NCBI GenBank assembly: GCA_964016885.1
Contig: OZ024744.1
Location: 79,422,001-79,486,000, forward strand
Direction of reading: 5' to 3'
DNA: 64,000 bases
DNA from: Eledone cirrhosa
Lineage: Eukaryota
Positions 1 to 13,901 of the stretch are shown piece by piece; the stretch's first letter is position 1; each line of letters opens with the position of its first letter. The notes below the pieces were generated by a model. The model ran no database searches, had not been told where the DNA came from, and worked only from the letters and a program-made list of their open reading frames with translations. Made by a program: the position numbers and the translations under genes.

Positions 1-188
1 CACTCACTCAATTCATTTTAATCTCAGTTTTTCAGTTTTTCTCTCTGCTCACTCATGGATAAATTGATTTAAAAGAGATGCTAACAATTTTTAGTTAGTT
101 GGTCTGACGAGGATGTTTGTAAGATACAGAATTTTCCTTGCAAGCAATCCAGAAGATCATTTAAGTTAAAGCTTCAGGAAAAACACAC

Positions 189-346
189 TGTTGCTGCTGT
201 TGTTGCTGTTGGTTTCTGTTGTTGTTATTGTCGGTGTTGCTGGTGGTTGTTGTTGTTGTTGCTGCTGTTGTTGTTGCCGTTGTTATTGGTTGCTGTTGTT
301 GTTGTTGTTGCTGCTGTTGTTGTTGCCGTTGTTATTGGTTGCTGTT

Positions 347-397
<51 letters not shown>

Positions 398-398
398 C

Positions 399-430
<32 letters not shown>

Positions 431-449
431 GCTGTTGTTGTTGTTGTTG

Positions 450-480
<31 letters not shown>

Positions 481-567
481 TGATGCTGCTGTTGCTGCTG
501 CTATTGTTGCTGTTTTTGCTGCTGATGCTGCTGTTGCTGCTGCTATTGTTGCTGTTTTTGCTGCTGT

Positions 568-602
<35 letters not shown>

Positions 603-617
603 TTTTTTGTTGTTGTT
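189..617. repeat. Compound (GTT)n/(GCT)n trinucleotide microsatellite
   Basis: Direct reading; the poly-L/V/C ORFs over it are artefacts of the repeat. Confidence 0.95.
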
Positions 618-888
618 TTTCTTAATACTCTACTAATTTACATAATTACTCTGAATGAATTATTTTTCTAATCAACGACTATTTTCAATGTTTATTACTG
701 TGCTTCAGGGGACAAAATACTGTTAGATTGTTGTTTGTTTTTTCTGCCAAGAGCTAAAACAGGCAATTGAGTTACATGATTTCTTTTTATATTAGACTAA
801 ACAAATCCAGTTGATTCACCTTTGGAGAATGCTTTCTGTACTTGGTGATAAATAGATAGAGAGGAATACAAAGACATAGAAAGAGTAA

Positions 889-962
889 TATAGTTGTCCC
901 CCAGTATTTGCAGGGGTTACATTCCTAGAGCACCTGCGAAGAGTGAAAAACCGTGAATATTG
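889..962 (+). mobile_element. Possible pogo/Tigger-like MITE end fragment
   Basis: tagttgtcccccagtatttgcaggggttacattcc resembles MER2/Tigger-type termini; no second TIR found. Confidence 0.3.
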
Positions 963-1525
963 GGTGAGGTCCATAAAAATGTCTATAAGCATCAAAACAT
1001 AATGTAAAATATAGGCTGGCAAATGACCTTTATTGAAATGGAACCAGCAGGAGGGCACTTTTACAGCCCCTTTCTTAAACACTCTTTAAAAAGAACCCAA
1101 CAGCACTCCCAATCAATTATTTTGCTGTCACCATTCACCATTTTCTGTGTATATATGTATATATATGTGTATATGTGTATATGTGTATATGTGTATATGT
1201 GTGTGTGTATATGTGTATGCTTTAATTCCTTTAAATCTTCATCAACACTCCTTCACTCCCACACTCATTAACACCCCACCTCACTCACCAGACACATCCA
1301 AATCTCTCATATATATATAGAGTCACACATCACAACACAACCTGACCTCAGTTTGACAATCGCACCAACGAATGCGAGAAAGTTCTCCAGGAAAGTTAAC
1401 CAGGAATCTTTAAAAATCTTCCCACCGAAGTTAACAAAGAACTTTCTAGATCTACCAACTCATAATATTATAAAATTATATAAAATTGTTTAGAACTACA
1501 TGTGAAGTCATTCTTTTCCTTTTTT

Positions 1526-1573
<48 letters not shown>

Positions 1574-1589
1574 GATGATGATATATATA

Positions 1590-1758
1590 CCGTATTTCCC
1601 GGCATCGAAGATGCTACTTTTTTTCCTAAAATAAGTCTCAAAAATCTACCATGCGTCCTGGAGGCCAAAGGTTGTTTATTAATTTTTTTCAAATATTTGG
1701 TTGTCAAAATTAGGGTGTGTCCTCAAGGACAAAGTCTCTTTGGCACCAGGAAATATAT
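1590..1758. mobile_element. pogo/Tc1-mariner-like MITE (partial second copy at ~63703-63795)
   Basis: Starts TA|ccgtatttcccggcatcgaaga and ends with the imperfect inverted repeat tctttggcaccaggaaatata; same internal sequence recurs at 63.7 kb. Confidence 0.55.
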
Positions 1759-1782
1759 AATTAATTACAAAAGTGACATATA

Positions 1783-1847
1783 CAGGTGCTTAAGTTTCAT
1801 TGGGGGTATTCACCCCAACTTATTCAGCATGTCATATAAAACACCTG
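1783..1847. mobile_element. 65-bp mini-MITE (second copy 13921-13983)
   Basis: TA|caggtg...cacctg|TA; similar copy at 13921. Confidence 0.55.
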
Positions 1848-1877
1848 TACAATTTGTACTACAGTGTATATACATAA

Positions 1878-2340
1878 ATCATCATCATCATCATCATTAT
1901 CATCATCACCGTTTAACGTCCATTTTTCCACACTAGCATAAGTTAGATGAGTTGTCCTGTTGTGGGCAATGCCAGTTCAGATGACCTTGTCTTGCTCATA
2001 CAGGAACTGATTTTGGCTTGATTTCTACAGCTGCCCTTCCTAACACCAACCTCATTTAAAGTGTGTGCTGGGTACTTTTTGTTGTGACACATACACAACC
2101 ACTTTACAGTGGGAGGGGACATACTGTCTATATGCTTTAGTTTTGGCCTGTACCCGTGGGAATTTTGGACTTCTGTATTACTGAGTAAGGTCAGAGGTCT
2201 CGGTCATGTGTCATCGTTTTTGAGAGGTGCAATTTGGACAAGATCAGCTTTTATCACATCATCCCAGGTCTTCTTGGTCTCCCCACTCCAAGACTTCAAT
2301 TGACTTTGAGTGCTCTGCACCTTTTTATGCAGCTGTCATC
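1878..2340 (-). mobile_element. RTE LINE 3' fragment with (GAT)n tail
   Basis: Matches the 3' ORF end (PKKTWDDVIKADL) and 3' UTR of the 41385-43080 element. Confidence 0.85.
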
Positions 2341-3294
2341 TTTTATATATATATATATATATTGTGTCTACTACTAATGTTTTGTGATAAAGGAGGTGAG
2401 AACCATGAAATGTTTTCAATTGGAAGATGTGTCTGTCATTTATAAATGAAGATGTCACTGAGAGAAACAAGTTGAATATGACATTGTACTAACTTGACCT
2501 TACTCACAGTTAAAAGATAAAATACACCCATCACACAAATCGTGGGAAAAACATGAAGAGTGTCATTTAAGAAGTGGCTGAATATTTAAGTTGTAGAAGA
2601 GGTGAGGGGTTCTAATCTCAGTGGATCCCACAGAGGGACAGCTATTAGGATTGATGTGAACATTGCTTGTGGGACACTTTAGAAAATGGAAGGAGGGAAA
2701 GATTCATACTTCTTATGTTCTGTGACTGAGACATGTCAAGTTATGTCAACCCTACACTAATTACAATAGTTAATGAGGTACATGTGATAGGATAGATGTT
2801 ATCACAATGACTGGGGTAGTTGTATCGTTCTTTTTTGTCCTCCATCATTTCTGACGATGAGTGCTCCAATCTACCTGCTCATGAAATTAACAATCCACTG
2901 ACACATATACTTTCAACATAGTGCTCAGGGAGATTGTGAGAAGACTGGTACAATTACAGGTACAATTAATTTTTGCCAGCTGATTTGTACTGAAGCAACA
3001 TGAAATAAAGTGTCTTCCTCAATGATACAACATGCCACCTGGTGAGGGATTGAACTCATGACTTATGATCGTGGGCTGAACACTATAAGCACTAAGTTAT
3101 GTATCTTTACATTAATTGTATAGTTAATCCTAGATTAATTACTTAGTTAATAAGGTACAGGTGATAACAGGTGTTATCACAATAAATGTTGTAGAAGTAT
3201 AGTTTAACTGAGGTATAGCAGCAGGTGCTATTAGAATTGCTGGTGTAATAACATAATTGCAAATTGTGATAAAGGCAAAAGAGATGCTCTAGAG

Positions 3295-3642
3295 TAGTGG
3301 TCGCCAACCTTTTGGACCTCACAGACCACTAAATTCATAATTTTAAATCCCACAGACCACTAATATGAATTTCTAAAAAAAGGTAAAAACATTTATAAAA
3401 TAATGATCAGAGTACTACTATTTTATACTGAAGTGTACGTGTATCATATTGTCGATAGATGATAAATATGTGTAAAATTCTTTCAAGGGTGTTAGTTCTT
3501 TTTTTAGGGGTGTTATAAAATATATTTTAACCAAATATTATTTTTGTTTTATTATTAATAAAACATAAAAATTGCAAATAATGTTCAAATTTTTCTGCGG
3601 ACCACCAAAATTTTCTCTTGGATCACCAGTTGGCAACCACTG
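3295..3642. mobile_element. hAT (Charlie-like) MITE
   Basis: TIRs tagtggtcgccaac / gttggcaaccactg; degenerate 8-bp flanks ctctagag/gtctcacg. Confidence 0.6.
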
Positions 3643-4407
3643 GTCTCACGAAAAGCAATCCGGGGACACAGCATGGCTGAATGGTTATGATGTTTGCTTC
3701 ACAATCACAAGCTTCCTGGTTCGAGCCCACTGTGTGGTATCTTGAGCAAGTGTTATTTACCATATCCATGGGTCAACCCATGTCTTGCTAATGTGGTTTG
3801 ATTCAAATGTTTATAGTATATAAAAACGGTAGAGAGGATTCTTCAGTTGAATCAATGACCCTAGTCTTGTTGTCACAATGCAACACACCCATTACACTCT
3901 GTGAGGTGGTTGGTGATAAGAAAGATATCCAGCTGTAGAAAAACAGTAGAGGCTGCTTCAGCATGTCAAGGGCACTGCAAACTCTCAAGTGTTGGGGACA
4001 CAATAAAATGCACCAGGTAAATAGTAAAGTGGTTGGTGATAGAAACGGCATCTAGCTGTAGAAAACTTGCCAACCAAAGAGTAGAAAGGATTCTTCATTA
4101 GTGTCAAAAGTATGACAACCTCCCTAGTGCTGATGTCATAATTACTGTTTTTTTCCCTTACTACTCAATAGTATGGGTACATATATGTAAGGAAGATAAC
4201 TCCTGACGTATCAGAGAGATCTGTGGCTGTGATTAAGTGCTGACTTAGTCTGTGATGACCTGTCTAACCTTGGTAGCAGAGAGAATGGATGTTAAATGAT
4301 GATGATGATGATGAGGATGATGATGAGACTGAATTTATGTGCTTGTATTAATTTTAGGTGCTAATAAACCAGGGCAAGACCAGGCACTGCTGCTTGTGTC
4401 TATGAAA

Positions 4408-4900
4408 TCATCATCATCATCATCATCATTTTACATCTGTTGTTCCACGCTTGCATGGGTTAGATGGGTCCTTCTCGGTACAGCATCTCTCCACTTGTCA
4501 CGTACCTTTGTCATCTCTTCTGTGAGTTTCAATGATTTGAGATCAGCTCTCACTACTTCCATCCAGGACTTCCTTGGTCTTCCTCGACAGTGGCTTCCCT
4601 CCATTGGGATTTCTTGGCACTTCTTCACCCAGCAATCATCATCCATATACATCACATGTCCACACCAGTGCAGCCCCCTCTCCTGTACACTACTTCTGAT
4701 TCCTCTTATCCCCAGTTTCTCTCTCTGTTCATCCATACTTTGTCATTTCCACACATTAACATTGCACATTCACCGAAACATGCTTGCCTCATTTCTTCCC
4801 ATCTTCCGCATGTCCTCTGCAATCGCTACTTATGTCTCATTACCATCCAGCATCACACTTTGCACACAGGTGTCATAATTAACCTTTCATTCGAAGAGAG
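4408..4900 (-). mobile_element. RTE LINE 3' fragment
   Basis: ORF 4431-4736 ends in WCGHVMYM...RGRPRKSW; (CAT)n tail on + strand. Confidence 0.85.
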
Positions 4901-5191
4901 AAATCTTTAGCAATAAAAAGAATATGTTATTAAATTGTAGCAGGGAAAGAATGTTTAGTTTGTTGTGATGGCAGGAAAAGTTGTTTGCAGCAATAAATGT
5001 AACGTTGAAGTTGAAATTATTAGGTTTGTAGCTAGGGTGAAGGTTGTTGCCATGAAAGGAAATGAATCTGTAACATAGTTGAAGGCAAGTGAGTGACTTG
5101 TTGGCAAGTGGGTTAGTGAAGTCAAATATTATACTCACTTGTTGTGGTGATATTACCTCGGGAAAACGGATTTTCCCATATCACGTCTGAC

Positions 5192-5606
5192 GTTATATTT
5201 TTAGTGTGTGTGCAGATTCGTTGATGGCAGAAATATCAGAAGGCTTCTAACAATGGTTTATTACAATGGTTTATTTACAACCGTACAAAATTACAATAAT
5301 TGTTGCTGGCATGCTGCAAAAGTGAATGAACAAAAGTAAGTGTTTGATGGAAGAAATCGGTGCCTTGCTGATAAGGCCAAAGTTTCTTATTTACCATTAC
5401 ATTTTGCTAGTGTTGACACAGAAAAGAACATGGATGTTATCTTCTTGAAGTGAAGGCAGCAACTAGTTCTAGTCAACAAAAGAAGCGTGAAATTCTTAGT
5501 TGGGCAGAAGTAAGTATATTCATGCGTGACTTACACGATTGGTCAACCAGTGACCAACTCGCACATGAAAGATTGCTGTTGCGAGCTATGAAGTAATTCC
5601 GCTACA
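5192..5606 (-). mobile_element. Possible LTR remnant
   Basis: Minus strand begins TGTAGCGG, contains AATAAA, and is followed by gtcagacgtg (PBS-like); single copy only. Confidence 0.3.
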
Positions 5607-5810
5607 AATCTTTTGTTGTCAACTGAGGTAAAAGTTCCCTAAACTTCTTCCATCCTGGCCTTATTCCAGCTACTATGTTCTCGGAGCACACTCCTCCACT
5701 GCTAATTATTTCAGCTAGGTAGCAGAAGCTATCAACCCTTCATGTGAATCATTCTTGGGATTGGAAAAGGTTTATATAATTTTTCATTTTATTATTATTG
5801 GTACTCTGAG

Positions 5811-6035
5811 GGTGGTGGGTTGGCAGAATCGGTAGAGCATTGGGCACCATGCTTTTTAGCATAGAGTTATGGCCCTTTACGTTCTGAGTTCAAATCCTGC
5901 TGGGGTTAGCTTTGCCTTTCATCCTTATGGGGTCGATAAAATAAAGCACCAGTAATGCACTGGGGTCGATTTAATTGACTTTCCCCTCCCACTAAATTGC
6001 TAGCCTTGTGCCTATAGTAGAAATCATTATTATTG
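5811..6035 (+). mobile_element. tRNA-derived SINE family 1 (other copies ~23165, 33088, 33302, 33484, 51352, 52260, 52760, 54270, 56700(-), 62630(-), 63505, 63800)
   Basis: A box tggcagtatcggtag, B box gagttcaaatcc, conserved body ctttgcctttcatccttacggggtcgataaaataaagtaccag, (ATT)n tail. Confidence 0.9.
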
Positions 6036-6059
6036 GCACTCTTACTATCAATTGATTCA

Positions 6060-7480
6060 GAGCATCTACTAAATACAAAAACTTCCCTTCCTGTTAGTCT
6101 ACCTGTTATCCCACTACATCTCTTGTGTACTCAATATTTGCATTGTGTACATCATATAGAGCTTATGCCTACTCTTAGTCCATTTGGTTTTGTTCTATTT
6201 CCATAGCCAAAATTTATTCTCTAGTCCTTTCAAAGATTCAGCTATGAGGATCAGATCTTCATCGTACAGAAGTTCCTTTTGTCAACCAGTCTTAAACTCC
6301 TCTGTTATGACCTTGAGGACTATGATAAACAGAAGTGGGCTAAGAACTGAACCCTGATGCACACCTACCTGTACCTTGAATTCCTCGCTAAACTCACTTT
6401 CTACTCTCTTTTTACTGACAGCTCCTCTGTACATGGCTTGCACTGCTCTTACAAGCAACACTTCTACACCTAGTAAGGACCACAAGATGACTGATTGGGG
6501 TACTCTTTCAAAGCCTTAAACTGAACTGCATCTAATCTAATTTAACTCTTTCCCTTTGTGCTACAACTCTTTCTGTCACTTTCATAACTTGATCCTTTAG
6601 TTTTATTCCCCTGTAGCTACTCCTTTCTAAAGCATCACCTTTGCCCTTGTAGCAATTAATGATTATGCTGCTGTGCCAGTCCCTGTCCTGTATTATCTAA
6701 CTGACTATGTGAATTACAAGTTCAACGTCTACTCCACTAGATGTTTTCAGCATATCAGTGACTATCTCACAGGGTCCTGCAGCTCTACTATTTTTATCTC
6801 CTTGATTGCTTCTTTGACCCTATAACTATCAATTCCAGTAGTTGGCCCCTCAGTTGGGTCAGTTGGGGGTAATCTCCCTTACACCCATTCATTCTCTACA
6901 TTCATTAATTTCCCATAGTAACATTTCCAGTCCTCTTTCTTTCAAGTATCAGTGCTACTAAGTGCACCAGTGTCATTTCAAATACACTTTTCCCCAACAA
7001 TATCTTGATTTATACTGATACACCACCTTGCAATCCAGAACACCTCACATCTCTGATTTTCACGTTGCAAGACATTGGCAAGCCTCCTTTTTTCACCCTC
7101 TTTTCATGCTATGTATAGTTGTCGTCTAACCTCTCTTTTAGTTAACCTGTTATCGGCCTTTGCTGCCCCCATTTTTCCAGTCTTTCTACGCCAGTCTCTT
7201 GGCTCTAATAGCTCTATCTACTGTGCTGTTCCTTCACCGAGTCACCGAGTCTGGCTGGTACTTTGCTCCAGCCACTTATCTTTTCAGTAGTCTGTAGTAA
7301 GTTATTACGTAGGAACTTCAATTTTGAATTGTTCTCTGTGTCATATGTGTCTATCTCGTCCTCCTTCGCATTTGTCTCAAGTAAAGCTTTCCTGAATCTA
7401 CACTTAACCGAAAGGTCCTTTATCCTCTAAACTCTTCTTCTCCAAATTTTCCTGTCTTTCCTCTTCTGTCTTGAGCTGAT
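6060..7480 (-). mobile_element. Degenerate RTE LINE (RT region)
   Basis: VGVHQGSVLSPLLFIIVL motif in ORF 6282-6485; many stops. Confidence 0.8.
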
Positions 7481-7647
7481 TCTCATTGCTCCACATAACT
7501 AACGACGTAATTATCCTCACTTTTTTTCTGTTAATTGCCAGGGAACGTCTTCATGAACCAAAGTATTGTCTCCCTGTTCCTGTTTTCCTTCAGTTGTAAC
7601 ATTTTTCGAAATATTTACTTCTGCGTCCACAGATTGATTTTTTTTTT

Positions 7648-7698
7648 AGTTTCAGAAGATCCCATTAAGGGTGAAAGCAGCGATTCTTTGCTTAAACT
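7648..7698 (+). ncRNA. Type I hammerhead-like motif with variant core CAGAAGA
   Basis: agttt-CAGAAGA-tccc attaa gggt-GAAA-gca..tgc-TT-aaact; stems I, II and III pair. Confidence 0.55.
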
Positions 7699-7984
7699 TT
7701 AATCTGTTCTTATAATATATATATAATGAAAGAATGAAGAATATCATGGATAAGCTATATAGTAGGGTTTATTCCAAGCATTAACATGTTTCATTCACTA
7801 GTATGTGATTGGATGCATCTTAAAATCGTTATCTGCAATGATGTAACACTCGATTTTAAATACTGCTCATACCAGTCAAATTATCAAAATACAGATTACT
7901 CTTAACCTCTACTTGAATTACCTTAAATGATACCTCATTTACTTCAATACTATATATATGTATGTGTGTGTGCATGTGTGTGTG

Positions 7985-8023
<39 letters not shown>

Positions 8024-8119
8024 ATGTAGATAGATAGGTATCATAAGAATATCCAAGATATAGAGCAACTCAAGTCCATAGGGCATGTTTGAATATAATT
8101 TTAAGGCCAGTTACTACAA

Positions 8120-8600
8120 CAGCACCATATCAGGTACGTATGTTTTGTTAACCCTGAGAATCAACCTGTGCCAATGAAAATGAACCAGAAAATGTTTACT
8201 CAAAAAGGAAAATGCACACAAATGCCTTCTCCTTTGTAAGACAACTAGAAGATAAATTCTTAGCAAAGTGCAAGCCACTATATCTAGCTTTCATAGATCT
8301 GAAAAAGGCCTTTAACAGAATACCTACAATACATTATCTGGTGGTCCTTAGAAATACTGTGTGTAGATGAGTGGCTTGTGAGAACAGTGGAAATCATGTA
8401 GAGAGGAGATGTCAGTAAAATAAGAGTAGGGAATGAGGTTAGTTAGAAATGTAATGTGCAGGTAGATGACTGGTTGTTCACGGGAACTTCCATGACGATG
8501 ACCTGGTTCTTAAAAACAAATCATTGATAAAGCTTTAGAAGAATTTCCTGTTGTGGAAAGAGAACTTAGGATCAAAATGCTCAGAGTAAACCTAGCAACT
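8120..8600 (+). mobile_element. Degenerate RTE LINE fragment
   Basis: ctagctttcatagatctgaaaaaggcctttaacaga encodes LAFIDLKKAFNR. Confidence 0.75.
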
Positions 8601-8758
8601 TATTATTTATTTCAGCTCTCTTCTCTCTGAGTTCAAATCCTGTCAATGCCAACATTGCTATTCAACCCTACAGGGTTTATAAACAAAATATTAGTAAAAT
8701 AATAATAATAATTGTTTCTACTTTAGGCACATTGCCAGCAATTACCCAGTGCATTACT

Positions 8759-11700
8759 GTAATAATAATAATAATGAAAATATTGTGTACAGTGCTCAGG
8801 TGCACTACAACTCATCAAAAAGTGTATGTATAGTACATAGGGTAATGCCAGGAAAATGAACAGTGCATGAGTCATGATATACACATGTGTGCATGTATAT
8901 GGAAGGGAGACATCAGGTGTAGTTTTGGCGAATTTCGGGAAGCATGAGGGTTTTAAAGGAGGCAGTGTCTCGGCAGCTAACAACTGACGCAGGCAGTTTG
9001 TTCCATGCTTCAGCAACTCTAAGCGTGCTATTTTCTGATTTTCTAGGCATGTCCACGTGTGTTAGACACATGGAGATCAAAAAGGTACTCAGGGTTGTTG
9101 TTGGTGAGATGGTTAATAACTTTGTGGGTATTTACCAAGTCCATTGCCAGACGTCGGAGCTTCAATGAATCCATGCCCAGGGAAGCAAGGCGTTCAGAGT
9201 ATGGTAGGTGTCTGATGGAGGGTATGCGCTTGGTTGCACGTCTCTGAACAGTTTCCAGGAGGTCAATATTCTGAGCAAGATAGGGGTTCTAGACTGATGA
9301 TGCAAATTCCAAGTATGGTCGTACCATAGCTATATACAGCTTTAAATAGATGGCTGGAGAGCGGCTGACAAAGGTCTTGCTGAGTGATGCCAAGACACCC
9401 TCGGCTTTCTTGACAATCTTAGAGACATGCTTTGTCCAACGCAAATCGCTGCTGACAGTAATGCCCAGGTCATGTTCACAAGAGGACTTCTTGATATCAG
9501 TGTTGTGGAGCGAGTATGTGGACGCTGGATTTTTCCTCCCAAAATGTATGGTGGTACGCTTGTCCACAGCCAGCTTCAGTTGCCAGTCTGTGATCCATTG
9601 CTGCATTGTGTCCAGGTCTGATTGTAGGAAAGAGTTGTAGATTTCAGGATCAGTCCTTTTGATTTCAAGGTACAGCTTGATGTCATCTGCATATTTCAGT
9701 ACCGTGGCATTCTTTAAGTTGGCATCTATGTCATTAATATATGCCACAAACAAAATGGGACCAAGAACAGATCCCTGTGATACACCAGATGACATCTCAT
9801 ATGGTGAGGAATGCTGTCCGAGAACTGTGACTACCTCTCTTCGACTGAGAATGAAGGACTTCAACCAGTTAAAAAGATCATCCTTCACACCCATTGCAGA
9901 GAGTTTTGCCATAAGTCTTTTGTGTGGCACAGAATTGAAAGCTTTAGCAAAGTCAAGGTAAACAACATCCACCCATGAGCCGCTGTCAGTGATCCGGGTC
10001 ATGTCTGCAAGAAACTCGATAAGTTGATCACAACAGCTGGAGTTAGGGATAAATACAACAAAAGGGGACCAAGAACAGATCCCTGTGGTACACCAGATGA
10101 CATCTCTTATGGTGAAGAATGCTCTCCTAGAACCATGACTACCTATTTTCGGCTGAGAATGAAGGATTTCAACTAGTTAAAATGATCATCCCTCACATCC
10201 ATTGCAGACTTTTGCCATAAGTCTTTTGTATGGCAAAGAATTAAAGGCCTTAGCAAAGTCAAGGTAAACAACATCCACCCATGAGCCGCTGTCAGTGATC
10301 CGGGTAATGTCTTCAAGGAACTCAATAAGCTGATCACAGCAGCTGGAGTGAGGGATAAATCCAAACTTCGAGGGCCGGATGAGGCTGTGAGAGCTCCAGA
10401 AGTTCCAAAGTGTTTCTCTCACGCAGGATTCCATCAGTTTGGCAATACAGCTAGTAAGACTGACTGGACGATAGTTGACAGGTAATATGTGGTCACCCTT
10501 TTTGAACAGGGGAATGACACTGGCAGTTTTCCACTGCTCCGGAGTAGCACCATTGTTGAGACAGTATTGAAAGAAGAAAGAAAGCTGGTGCAAAAGGAAG
10601 TATCCGCCATGTTTGAGAAGCAGGTATGTCACACCATCAAGACCAGGGGAGGCATAGTTGCACTTATTCTTAAGGTGACGTCGCAGCATTGCAGGTGTAA
10701 ATTCCATAGTTGTTATGGAATTTGGTGTTAGAGATGGTGGAGATGGTACATTCTGGTTTTCAACAGTAAAAATACTTGCATAGCACTCAGCAATGAGTTC
10801 TGCGTATTCTTTGGGATCGTCAGTGACCTGGCTTGTGTGGGGATTGCGAAGAGGACCAACTGGAGAGTGAGGTCTCTGCTTTGAATGTACATATTTCCAG
10901 AACACCTTACTGTCAGGATTGGTTGCTATGCACTGTTCAAATTCAAACACTGCCTTTTTTGTCACTCGCTTGAGATGGTTGAAAGATTTATTCCGCTTTT
11001 TTCTGTTGGCAGTTTATATTCCCGTTCAGCATTCTGACGTTCTTTCCTGGCAAGTTGGACCATTGAAGTTTCCCAAATTGCACTTTTTGGGTGTTTTTTT
11101 TTCTGCTTACGTGGCACTTATGCTGCACACGCTATCCATATTGAGTCCAGGTGCTCTGGAATATAGTATTCACATCTCCAGAGTTATAGAACTCATGCCA
11201 GTTTGGGCGCTGTAGCTCAGTGCAGTACAAGTTTCAATCTGCTTTCTTCCAATCAAAGCAAGCAGATTGGAGATGGTTCTGGTTTTTGTTGCTGCCCGCA
11301 AGAGCCAGATTGGCAATGATCATAGCATGATCAGAGTCGCCTAGAGGTTCCTCAGTAGTACAACTCAGGAGTAGTGGTGAAGATCAGGTCCAAAGTGTTG
11401 TCACCTCTTGTTGGAGAGGTGACTACTTGTGACCAGTTTGAGTCCAGCACTAGCTCAAGGAAATCGTTTGCACTTTGTGACCAACGAAAGGTTTCCCAAT
11501 CGATCTCAGGATGATTGAAGTCACCTGCAATAAATACATAAGTGGCTGTTTTCCTGGCAGCAGCTCTGAGGATATCGCAAAGCTGTGTGTCCTGATGGTA
11601 GTTTGGGGGGGGCGATAAACAACACCAAGCAGAAGTGTTGACATGGTCATACGTATGTCACAAAAAAAAACTTCTTCTTGTGATTCGTTCAAATCAACGC

Positions 11701-12240
11701 AAGGAATTACCGAAAAGTTTGAACGAACGTAGACCATCACACCACCACCACGGCGGTTAATGCGGTCCTTGCGGAAAAGGTTGTACCCAGTAATACTGAA
11801 AACCCCATCACAGAGTAAGGAATGTGCCCAAGTTTCTGTGACTGTGATGAAGTCAGGGTCTATGCTTCTGACATAGGAGTTAAACAGATGTATCTTGTTG
11901 CATAAACTGCGAGTATTTAAGGACAAAAATTTGTACCCTGCTTGCAGTTTATGTGTGTAGAGGATGGCAGGTTGTTCTGGTTTAGTTTCCCAGAGTTGTT
12001 GCAGTTTTTTCATTGCCAGTTATTGTGGGTAGAGCACACTCAGACCAGCTGGTATCTCTCTTCCACGTTTCACCAGCCTTAACAAACCTTCAGATCTGCC
12101 CATCATCACGCAGACTAAAACTTTCATGTTGTGCTGAGTTCCGATTCAAGGAAGCTGCAGTACGTAGCTTTGGACGTATATTGGGTGGTAGGCCTGGGTG
12201 TGTTTGGAAGGTAATCCGATTTTCACGCCCAGCTTTAACA
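8759..12240 (-). mobile_element. CR1-clade LINE: APE endonuclease plus RT, frameshifted, with ~300-bp internal tandem duplication
   Basis: APE motifs LNTRSL, VTETW, GGGVMVYV, VVYRPP (11450-12013); RT motifs NYRPVSLTS, YLDFAKAF, QGSVLGP, YADD (9289-10965); (TAT)n tail at 8759. Confidence 0.92.
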
Positions 12241-12349
12241 GAGGCCAGATGATATGAAATTGCATGAAAATATTGTCAGAAAGGTGGATTTCAGGGGATT
12301 AATAGCCAGATGCAATGGTTGGTTATAGCACTAGGAGTGGACAACATGT

Positions 12350-12815
12350 GGTTGATTATCTCAAAGACTGCATTACAAAGACTACAAAACTACAAGGCTG
12401 CATCTCAAAAACAGTGTCTCAAAGAGTGTATCACAAAGGCTGCATCTCAAAGACAGCTCACAAAAATGGTGTCTCAAAGAGTGAATCACAAAGGCTGCAT
12501 TTCAAAAACTATGTCTCAAAGAGTCTATCCTAAAGTCTGCATTTCAAAAAGTGTGTATCAAAGAGTGTATCTCAAAGGCTGCATCTCTAAAACTGTATTT
12601 CAAAGAGTGTATCACAAAAGTTGTATTTCAAAATCTGTGTATCAAAGAGTGTATCACAAAGGTTGCATCTCAAAAAGTGTGTATCAAATATTCCATCTTA
12701 AAGAGTGCATCACAAAGACTACATCTTAAAGACAGCTTACAAAAACTGTGTCTCCAATGCTGCATCTCAAAGACTGCAGTGCAAAAACTACATCTCAAAA
12801 ACTGTGTCTCAAAGA
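12350..12815. repeat. Minisatellite, 14-bp unit arranged in a 42-bp higher-order repeat
   Basis: caaagagtgtatca/caaaagttgtattt/caaaatctgtgtat recurring with period 42 (12601, 12643). Confidence 0.8.
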
Positions 12816-13199
12816 TTAGGCATCTTCATCAGAACCTCCTTGAAAATTAAGTTAAGGGTACATGTATGATTGGAATGCTCAGCTACTTACATGAGAAAGC
12901 CATTCCATTGTTCAAAGAAGTAGAATAATAATTGTCAAAATCAACACCGGGCCATTCTTCTTCTCTTTTGTGTCCATCTTCCAGAGCCAGTTTTAACCAC
13001 TACACTCAGTCCATTCTCTAGAATTCCCAAATACCAACTTGCAACCTTAACCTTGGAACTGCCCCCCCCCCCCCCCCCCAAATCTCAAGTCCTACAAAAG
13101 CTATGGAACAATCCTTTCATCTGGACCAATCCATTATAACAATAACGTGTGCGTGTGTATAATAATATATATATCTCCCTATTTTTCTTTGCCCACTTA

Positions 13200-13420
13200 T
13201 TCCTGAGAGGGCAGCAGGTCCTGTCAGAAGCAACTGTCCCCAACTGATCCGGCTGGATCCCTAAGTGTGACCAACCGAGCTCATGGATGTTATCCAACCA
13301 TCTTGCTCAGGGTCTACTCCTGAGTCTCTGGCTGGTTGGTTTTGCCCGTAAGATCTTTCCAGTGATTCTTTCCTGAGACATTCTAACCACATGCCCATAG
13401 TATCAACATGTTTCTGGGTC
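13200..13420 (-). mobile_element. RTE-type LINE 3' fragment
   Basis: YYGHVVRM and WLDNIHELGW peptides on the minus strand. Confidence 0.6.
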
Positions 13421-13769
13421 ATTACCCTTCATCAGGACTGTATACCTCTGCCAATCTATTGAACAGTTGAAAATATATAGTATTTTCTAAAGTACACATC
13501 GGCTGATTAGCCTCATTTGCATACTAAGCGAGTTACGTCTCACCTTGCCAGATATTAAAAATAAAATTAGAATTTTATTTCTCGCCCTAGTACAGCTGAT
13601 ACATGCATACTTACATTTATGTATCAGCTGTGCTTGGACAAGAAATAAAATTCTATATATATCAAAGGTAGAACTATATTAATAATTCTCAAAGGAAAGT
13701 TGAGAATTAAAATTCGAAACAATATAGTATTTTGTTGAGAGAAATATAAGTTTTCCATTAATACCTTTG

Positions 13770-13806
<37 letters not shown>

Positions 13807-13844
13807 CATCATCATCGTTTAACGTCCATGTTCCACGCTTGCAT

Positions 13845-13901
<57 letters not shown>

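Noticed and set aside
191-671. Poly-L/V/C ORFs, or polyQ on the minus strand
   Set aside because: Microsatellite; the Q frame has internal TAG stops and no convincing splice signals
2846-2897. CTGACGA-tgag..ctcat-GAAA hammerhead-like motif
   Set aside because: Stem II present, but stems I/III and the UH site could not be formed convincingly
12310-12850. Cys/His/Lys-rich repeat protein ORFs
   Set aside because: Explained by the 14/42-bp minisatellite
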